DNA of 59,368 bases, the filler included, from Sphacelaria rigidula (Eukaryota), in the NCBI GenBank assembly GCA_964200075.2. It is 7 parts of 7 records of this genome, joined end to end, with 100 filler letters (N's around TTAATTAATTAA, not from the genome) between each part and the next. Parts side by side here need not be neighbours in the genome. Positions count along the whole stretch, not along the records: positions 50,975 to 59,368 come from CAXNAA020011294.1; 6 more parts are not named here. One strand, 5' to 3'. The notes beneath the pieces were generated by a model. That model worked only from the letters and a program-made list of their open reading frames with translations, was not told where the DNA came from and did no database searches. Shown piece after piece: positions 51,340 to 59,368 of this stretch. The number at the start of each line of letters is the position of its first letter. Within the stretch, counting starts at the first letter, position 1. A program made the translations under genes and the position numbers.

Positions 51340-53285
51340 AGTGTTCTTTACTGTGAAAAAAGAAAAACCTACGTGGGCATATGGAAAACTTTCTGATGCA
51401 CGCCCACGCGACTCTGCTCCGGTTGCTGATCTCTTGGGTGAGCTCGCCATCTTCGGCGACGAGGCCACTCAAGGATCGGAACTTCGTGCTTTGTACGCAC
51501 TTCTGGCCCGCTGCTTCCATGACTAGTGGTGGTGGGGGTGGTATTGGTGGCTGCCCCTTCTGCGGCGTTTTTTTCGGTGTTCGCATCAGGAGAGCCTCTG
51601 TCTTCTTCGACGCCGTCAGTCCGAAAAGCCCGAACACGCGTACTACAATGGTCATCATCCTCGCCAGGCCGTCAGGGGACCTCGAGACGACAGCCGCACC
51701 ATCGGCATACAGCATTCCCCACACCACTCTCCGTACGCGTTCCAAGGTGTCTCTGGCTCCTTCACAGTCTCCTCGTCGAGGTATACCATGTCCTTGAGGA
51801 TGATGTCGTCCTCATTGAATCGCACTAGAACTATCTCGAGCGCTGCAGCGAAAGTTATTTTGAACAGCAGCGGAGACAGCACACACCCTTGCCGTAGTCC
51901 CTGGGTGACCTCGAACCACTCCGAAAGCTCCCCGTCGTCCATGCTACGCGGGCCTGCATGCCATCGTGGAATTGGCGGATAACGGCCATAATCTCATCCG
52001 GAATCCCAGGTCGGGCAAGCACTTGCCATAGAAGCTCTCTGTCGACCAAATCATGGGCCTTTTGGAGGTAGACGAAGCACAGGTGTAGTGATATTCTCCA
52101 TCGTCGTCCCAGTTCCTGGAGTCGGCACAATATGAACAACATCTCGACGGGGGATCGACCAGGTCGGAATCCGCACTGTTCCTCCCGCAGTATCCCGTGT
52201 GCTTCGCAGTAGTCGCCGAGGCGGTTTGCCACTATCTTCAAACGTCATGTCCCGGCACTTTCCAGCGTTGGTGCTGATCCAGGTGGTACCGAATTTCCAA
52301 TGGGTAATGTTGTCGGTCGCTGCTTCATCCCCTCGATAATGGCTGGGTTCAGCGTGGTCGATTTGGTGTTGAGCAGGGTTGGGAAAACCTCGCCCACCGC
52401 TTCAGGATCTCGATGCTGTTCCACCGTAGGCCCCAGTTCTCGTCTTCGATGAACTGCTGTCCCCCTGACTGTCTTCCGTCAAGACCCACCGACCTCTTGA
52501 GGTATTTGTACAGGCCTCGCATGTCGTGGTCCTTGTAGATCGCTTCCAGCCTCGCCACACACCTCTCCAGGTGTGCATGGACACCGTCGTCTATCGCACT
52601 TCGTAGTCCTTTACACGCGGCTCTGAGTGCTTTCCACGTTGCTGGGGTCCGGTTGCCCTTTATCAGGTGTCGTGCCTCTCGTCGGTGGGCAAGCGCTGCC
52701 TCTATTGTTAATCTCCTTCCGGGACGTTCACACCATATGGGCATACGTGGTCTCCGTATCTCTGCCGGGAGTACAGTCTATTCTACTTCGAGGATAGCTT
52801 CGGTGAAGTCTTTTGCGGCCGCCGGTGCGGTGGTGGGTGGCTGGTATGCTCGCTCCCCGAGATTGTCGAGGAACCTCTCGATCACATGTTGCCGTGCGAC
52901 TTCGATCTGCAGCTGCTATCTACTGGACTGCCGCAGCTTTGACTTCGTTCGTTTGGTACGGCTGTAGGTGAAGCGGTCAACGAGGTCGGCAGTGGCCACC
53001 GCCATGCTGTGCTCCGAGTCAGCTTTGACCGGAGGCGGGTTGGAGTTGTAGGACTACGCTGTTCACTCTACCTCGGTTTGCCTGCCGGGTAAGCATGTAG
53101 TCCATGCGCTTGAAGTCACTCGCGCAGTTCCCTGCAACATCGCTGTACGTGTGTGATATTCCACCTTTACTCGTAAAGAAGGTGTTGGTGATTGCTATTC
53201 CGTTGGCGGCTGCAAAAGGTTACACAACGTGACCCGTTATCATTCACCTCATCACGTCCGCAGGCGCCTAGGGCCCCTTGTGCGA
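51340..53285 (-). mobile_element. Decayed RTE-type LINE (APE endonuclease + reverse transcriptase)
   Basis: Endonuclease remnant LGACGRDEVNDNG...AITNTFF...HTY...RMDYML. RT motifs EEQCGFRPGRS, LQKAHDLVDRELLW, QGLRQGCVLSPLLF and MLYADG (normally YADD). Frameshifts and an internal deletion. Confidence 0.92.
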
Positions 53286-53319
53286 TAGTCGAAAAATATA
53301 CTGGGTGGAGTAAAGGCCT

Positions 53320-54133
53320 TGTTCGTGTGGACGTGGAGGCCTTTATCGTGCGACCTCCATTTGCGATGCAAGCTGGACCGGACAACGATGCGGGAATGCG
53401 CAAATACCGCCAAGCGCGGGTTAATTTTGAATGATGGAAACCGAGATACAAATACCTGATTCGCAGTCGACTCATCGGCATATCCACAGTTGGACCCCTT
53501 TTCCTTGTTGACTTGACCCCAGTTTCCGTCTGTTGAGGAATTTGGATCGGTCGTATCTCAGCGCAAAACAAAACGAGAAAGAGGCCTGGTTTTGCAATAT
53601 GTCGGCGAGTCCTTCACGAACCATGTGCCTCTTGCAGCTATTGTCGACGTACAATATAATCGTACAACATAAATATAAGCGTAAAATCCACGTCGACAAT
53701 AGCTGCAATAGACCTGTACTTTACCCAGTAAACGTTTTGTCCATTGCATATTTTTACCATATATTGTTCAGGATGTGAAAGGCTGCAAATATCGTTACGC
53801 ACCGCTCGTTTTCAGGATTCGAGACCCGAAATTTTGACACATGGTTCGTGAAGGACTCGCCGACACATTGCAAAACCAGGCCTCTTTCTCGTTTTGTTTT
53901 GCGCTGAGATACGACCGATCCATATTCCTCAACAAACGGAAACTGGGGTCAAGTCAGCAAAGAAAAGGGGTCCGACGAGTCGACTGCGAATCACGTATTT
54001 GTATCTCGGTTTCCAACGTTCGAAATTAACCGGCGCTTGGCGGTATTTGCGCATTCCCGCATCGTTGTCCGGTCCAGCTTGTATCGCAGATGGAGATCGC
54101 ACGATAATGCAGGCCTCCGCGTCCACACGAACA
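53320..54133. mobile_element. Foldback element with ~300-bp inverted arms and a nested internal hairpin
   Basis: Arms 53320-53627 and 53838-54133 are reverse complements. A 19-bp inverted repeat lies inside (53632-53650 / 53690-53708). The left flank TAA-AGGCC is Harbinger-like, but the right terminus is disrupted. Confidence 0.85.
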
Positions 54134-54772
54134 CAAACACAAACACCGAGAAGCAATCCCTCGCTAGAATCCAGGTGGGTATCCACGTGAGCACAGCGGA
54201 TGGATATCCCAGAAAGATACCAATATCTGGATATTGGGAAGGAGTGTCCGAGTTGAACATGATATCTTAGATGGAGGTTCCACGGTAACGCGAGTCTCCT
54301 CACCCACATGATCAAACGCGTACAATTGCACTGAGAACTGCGACTCATATTCGTTGCTTGTTTTCCTGAGAGGAGAAGAAAACCTAAAGATCAAGGCAAA
54401 AATAAAATCCAAGTTCATGAGGTAATCATAACATCAACAAGGTAAGGTCGCTCGAATCCAAATGGACAAAACAACAACGGAAATAAAATCTTGAACACAT
54501 TCGAAACGCTTGTATTCGTAATGATTAGACTCGTGGATATCCCTTCCCTCGCTCCCATACATCCATCTACTATAACGTCGACAGCATTCAATCACGCAAT
54601 GCGCCGTGCTATCCTACGACAAGCAGCGTACAAAATCGAGCATCGCATTGACACCATAACCCCAAGCTAACCGTAAGTCACATTGAGTCGAGTGAAGGAA
54701 ACCGCGCCCCGAAAGCGTGCAGGACCCGAGGGAGGGAAAAGTGGGGACACCGTGGGCCCCGTATACAACCGT

Positions 54773-55947
54773 TCAGAAAGTGCGAACTTTGAGCTCTCCT
54801 GGGTTCTCCTTGAACACGGCGGCAGTCTCATCACCCGCAATAAGGCGATTGACAGTGGCAGAGACGGAGTTGGATACAAAGAATCCACCGCATAGCTCTG
54901 CTCCCGCCAGTACCGCCTCCTGGCCAAGAAAAGTCCCATTGCAGTAGGCGGCAGCGACGACACAATATCAAGGTCACCAAGGTTTACCGAAGTCACCGTG
55001 AGCACGACACAGCAAAAACGTGCAAGGATGTCGTCCAATGTTTACACGAGCTTCTGGTGTTCGCAGCACAAAAACGCTCCCCGGGAGTTCCTTAAAAAAC
55101 CGTGAATCGACATTACAGCCGAGGTACAATGCATGAAGGTTAGCAATACCTGTTTTCCCCAGGTAACGTATTCGTGGTGGACCTGCACAGGGCGTGCGTG
55201 GTGATGGGAGACTTGCCCGCCTGCTAAGACTCGCCGCGGATTCCCCCTAGTGATAACTACTGAGGACGGTGACATTTTGAATGTACAGTATTACAGTCTG
55301 GATGTTACAGTTCGGCTTTTTATTCCAGACCAAACCGATCTCCTCACCGGAAAGTGCAATCCTCCCCACAGTCGGCTATCGCTGCAGGCTTGCGAGATCT
55401 CACTCCAAGAGCCGAAGGTCAGCACGTTGTCCGGCCCGATCGGGAAGTCTAGCGGGGGAGAGATCTCGTCGGAGCCCACAGATGGTATTATTTGCTCCGC
55501 AAACACCTTGCGAACGGGTTTATGCACTATGAATATGTATATGAAATGTGGTTACTATAGGAAGTGCGGCGATGTCAAAATCACATGTGAGGTTTGATAC
55601 GCACAACAAGGGGTACATATATGGACATCTGGCACACGGGGGGGCGAACACACGCAGGGAGCATCTTGATGAGTGCGGTGAAAGACTTTGACCCTGTCGC
55701 TACTCCACCTAGTGTGGACGCCATGTACACCACATAGCTTCTAATGTACGGTTGACACACGACGTACCTGGCATATGCACGCCGACGCGGATGGGTACTC
55801 TGAGTGAGGCATCGTGCGAATGAAGGGCTCCCACTCCGATGCCTTGATGAACTGGAGACCCTGCCCGTTCCCAGCGTAAGCTTCAACTAATTCGTCACCG
55901 AGCTCTTCCTTGACCACAGAAGGAGGACGAGGAAGGTCGTGCTTGAC
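54773..55947 (-). CDS. Vanadium-dependent haloperoxidase / PAP2-superfamily protein (bacterial-type), last three exons
   Basis: GT-AG phase-0 exons 55947-55768, 55506-55348, 54919-54773: VKHDLPRP...WEPFIRTMPHSEYPSASACICQ|VFAEQ...LTFGSWSEISQACSDSRLWGGLHFP|EAVLAGAELCGG...KVRTF*. This carries the RP, PSxx and SR-x5-H motifs of the family. Upstream exons were not found in the window. Confidence 0.88.
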
Positions 55948-57409
55948 CTGAAGTGCGCCGGAAGTTTAGCGAGACCAAGGTGACAGTAAGATGAAACACA
56001 GTTACTTTTCCAGATCGGGCCACTTGTGTGCGACCGGGTACACTCACACATGTCGCACCCCCCGTGAATGATGTCGATACTAAGGACATCAAGACAAGAT
56101 TTGCATATTAGAATCATGGCTGTACGTTAATCCCCCCCCCCAAATATTTCACTTTGTGCAGCTCCTGCCGGCTAAGAAGGTGCGGACAAAATTCTACCCG
56201 GAACCCCGCGGGACACGATCTACTGGTATTCTGGTGCAACGTTTATGACGGATACGGATATTCATCGTGGGGATGGATATTTAATTGTGATAAATCACAC
56301 CAAAAAATTCATGCCAGGGTTGAACTATGTTCCCCGTCCTCCAATGAAGGCCATGGCCGTTCTTGTCGGTAAGGCGTGGAGAGGGTCTTTTCGGCGGGTG
56401 TAGGGCTCGGCTCACCTTCAAGCGGTAATTTCTCCTCACTACTACCCCTGGCCAAGGTCGTGGTGTGGTGGTAAAGTTGGGTCAGCACGGTGTCCATCAG
56501 GCACACTCACTCCTGTTTTATCACAGCAGTACAATATGCCAACACCCTGAGGACGGGCATGTTGGGATTCGGTGTGTGCGCGGAGGCAGATAACATCGCT
56601 GTCGAAAGCTGGCGACCACAACTTTGACATAAAGGAGTGTGTTCAGGTGTGTAGGCTGGTTTCGGCGTCAAGGATGGAAGAAAAGCGGTTGTCGACGGAC
56701 GGGTAAGGTCTGTTTAGCCTCCTGGACGAGGCACTTACTCACCAGTACCAGAGTGGATCACGAAGGAGGAAATACTTCATCACGAAAGGGAGCAGAGGGG
56801 CACTTATGAGAATTCAGAAACTGCCGAGGATGGGCGGTTGCTTTGGTCATGGATGCTGGTGAGGATAAATGGGAACGTCAGGAGGTCAGCTTCGAAGAGG
56901 ACCTTGCAGCGGAGAAGAACAGATCAGGGCGGTTAATTTCGTTGAGGGTGGAATATTCTTTTCCCGTTGTGGTTTTAAAATAGTTGGTTTGTTGCGGATA
57001 CTACATACAGATGGTATCCCATGTTTTCATGGTTGAACGTAGGACACCCTGCACAGATTCCGTTTTTGTTAATACTGTAGCGCTATGTTGTGTGTAGGCT
57101 ATACACGCCCTGTCTCTTGTGTTTCCATGACAATGCTACTTGACCAGTATCCAAGGGAGATCGTGGTTCCTCGATTCCCTCCTCGTTTCTATCGGCTTGC
57201 CCTTTTTGTCTCTTCTGGATCTTTCTATATGGCGTTGTGCAGTCTGCGGTGCGCAGGCTCTGTAGAGGACCACTTTGAACAGCGCTCTAGACAGTATATC
57301 TATTCTTGAGGTGGTCTCTTTCCTTGCGACAGTTTTGATTACAGGCTCGCTGTACTGTATGTACACAACTACGTGGCAGGATAGTCGGAGAGGTCACACG
57401 CGGGGACTT

Positions 57410-57600
57410 CGATTCCAGGGAGTCTTCTGTAGTTCAATCGGTCCAACACGGATTTTCCGTGGTATAAGTGCCTTTATTCGTGTAGATGTTTTATTCCTCA
57501 CCTTCCTCCGCGGACTATTTGAGTTATGGGTATCGGTGTGCTCCTAGGACTCTGTGAACACGGGTTCGACAGATCGGGCTAATGTGGCGGATATGATGAA
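57410..57600 (+). mobile_element. 3' end of the (TAA)n-tailed retroposon family, diverged copy 3
   Basis: CTGTGAACACGGGTTCGACAGATCGGGCTAATGTGGCGGATAT. A weak RTE-like C-terminal remnant (RLLWSWMLVRI) lies upstream near 56835-56870. Confidence 0.65.
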
Positions 57601-57674
57601 AAGTACAATACCTATAGCAGACGCGGATATATTACGCTGGGATTGTCAATAATGGCTATTCATTCTTGCGGTAT

Positions 57675-57812
57675 CATATCATCATTATCATCATCAACGA
57701 TAGTATCAGTATCAGTATTAGTATCATCATCATGACCATTATCATTATTATTATTATGATTGTGATAGTTATTTCCACACTGAAGCACGATCTCTCGAAC
57801 CCATGGTTGCAG
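57675..57812 (-). repeat. Oppositely oriented retroposon 3' end with expanded (TAT/CAT) microsatellite tail
   Basis: GCACGATCTCTCGAACCCATGGTTGCAGA is the reverse complement of the family stem-loop region and abuts ATT/ATC repeats. Confidence 0.6.
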
Positions 57813-58842
57813 ACGTAGTCTCACTTTTCAGTACCGTCACCAGTATATTCCTTAAATGAGAGAGGAGCACTTTATGAGGAGCTTCTCCTGAGTCTCTAGG
57901 ACAACAAAATAAAACAACAAGAGCAAGATGTCAAGAAAACAGGAAAGAGAAAAATTCTACCCCTGAGCTGATGGAAGGTGTGGTAGAACAAATGAATCAG
58001 ATCTGCCAATGAAGTAAAGGAGCTCGAGACACGAAGTAGTAAGCAGAACAACAAGAACTATATCTCAGGATAATATACGGATACGAAGCGAGAGTTGAAC
58101 AGCATCCCCAGGTACCCATGGAAAAAATAGCAAAAGTTGGAGAAAACAGCAATTATTTCAGAAAGGCGCGCACTGGCAAGCATACTGCTTGGGTCATGGG
58201 CTTGAAGCAGGGTATCGAAAATGGGATAAAACATCGCGGTGGGGTTTATCCTGAATTTTGACTTGAGGGATTTGTGCCGAAATAGTTTTTCTTCCTGTGC
58301 CAAACGAAAGCAATTTCGGATACTTTTTTTTCACATGCTAAAAGCTAAGCAGGTGCGGCTAGTAGTGCCCTATTAATGCGGTGCATACGTGTATCGCTGA
58401 CGGTACCACCGGAGGAGCAAGAGCGGAGGGGAAGCTCGTCGACTGTGTCGTTTGTGTGTCTTAATTCGGCGATTCCCAATCGCTGGAGAGATGACCTCAG
58501 ATTACCACTGCATACCCATTTTGCCAGCCTTTTTGTCGGCACAAGAACGGCAGGCGATTAGTTGGACTGGTGAAAAAAAAAAAATGATCGGGGTGCCGAA
58601 CCTGCATTGACGTATTCGTGTTTTGTCCGTGGCGCTGACAAATGCAAATATCGATTTCTTTCTGCCTTTATTTTTGGACATGATGTGCCTCTGTGCGCTA
58701 CAGAACACGTCGTTGAAAACCAGGGCGACGTTCTCATCAACTGTATTCCGTTGTCGATTACACACGTGCGAGCAATGACTTTTCCGCAACTTTCCAATCG
58801 CGTGTGGCGGGTGTTATCGTTATTTCGGCCTTCGCTTGAGTC

Positions 58843-59160
58843 GCCGCGCCCCGGTGGTGTAATGGCACGAGTGTCACCGTTAGGGTGGAGATAACATGGG
58901 GTCGATTACTGATGTGTTGTTTTTTCTTCGAAGTATCTGATTTCATCATCGAAAGCGTGAGTGCGTGAATGAACAAATGGTTGTTGACTGCGTTCGTTCG
59001 AGAAGAGTTGACGCGGTGCGGGAGCGCTGGTCATGGTCCAATTCGCGAGACGAAGATGCGAGTGTGTACCAGGGGGTGGGGGGGGGGCGTACTCATTTGT
59101 TTCCTGCCTCTGTCGTTTGACCATCAACCATGCATCCCTCTCGAGACGGAGTACCATTCC
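58843..59160 (+). mobile_element. tRNA-headed SINE-like repeat
   Basis: A box TGGTGTAATGG at 58855-58865. The body is similar to 45009-45310. Confidence 0.55.
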
Positions 59161-59271
59161 TACTCCTAATAGAGACACCTTCTACATTCCGGTGCTCATT
59201 ACGTTTCATCCAGACATTACGAGTACACATATACCTTCTACATATCTTATCCCCGTCCTGTTTCGCCGCCT

Positions 59272-59368
59272 AACAGTGTTTTCGTGAGATTGAGAGGAGA
59301 TGATACGATTGAGAGTGAAAAGGGGTCAATCAGTGAATGAATCGTTCCAGTTCCGAAATGCACTTCCA
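59272..59368 (+). mobile_element. AACAGTG-family MITE, left part, truncated at the window end
   Basis: AACAGTGTTTTCGTGAGATTGAGAGGAGATGATACGATTGAGAGTGAAAAGGGGTCAATCAGTGAATGAATCG...GTTCCGAAATGC, colinear with the 33193 copy. Confidence 0.85.

Noticed and set aside
47362..55947. FPGS + haloperoxidase (+ RING) as a metabolic gene cluster
   Set aside because: The artificial linker at 50875-50974 separates them onto different contigs.

Overview
This is eukaryotic nuclear DNA, most likely from a brown alga (Phaeophyceae). That assignment is inferred from the intron-rich genes, EsV-1-7 repeats, a vanadium haloperoxidase-family gene and the transposon types. The window is NOT one locus. It is seven contigs of almost identical length (8396, 8396, 8396, 8396, 8395, 8395, 8394 bp) joined by artificial 100-bp linkers (N44-TTAATTAATTAA-N44), so adjacency across a linker has no biological meaning. 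Spliced host genes reconstructed by hand, all partial: EIPR1/TSSC1 (-), head-to-head with the first exon of a GPR107-like gene (+); an S6-kinase-like AGC kinase (+) with a long duplicated C-terminal tail; one exon of a propeller-repeat/mucin-like protein (-); a coiled-coil + C3HC4 RING protein (+) convergent with folylpolyglutamate synthase (-, with a probable GC-AG intron); and the 3' exons of a vanadium haloperoxidase/PAP2-family gene (-) whose PSGH motif reads PSAS. The rest is largely transposons: a decayed chromodomain Ty3/Gypsy element with both LTRs and a 4-bp TSD, nested inside one MITE and itself hit by two more; a Copia fragment; an RTE-type LINE; tRNA-headed SINE-like repeats; piggyBac-like and Harbinger-like MITEs; foldback elements; and an array of palindromes. 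The best leads are (i) the haloperoxidase lacking the motif-2 His, (ii) two otherwise unrelated non-autonomous elements that share AACA...TGTT ends and variable 4-bp TSDs, which I cannot assign to a familiar superfamily, and (iii) the palindrome array at 27.0-27.6 kb. I found no CRISPR array, rRNA or intact tRNA, and no complete novel multi-gene system that I can support.
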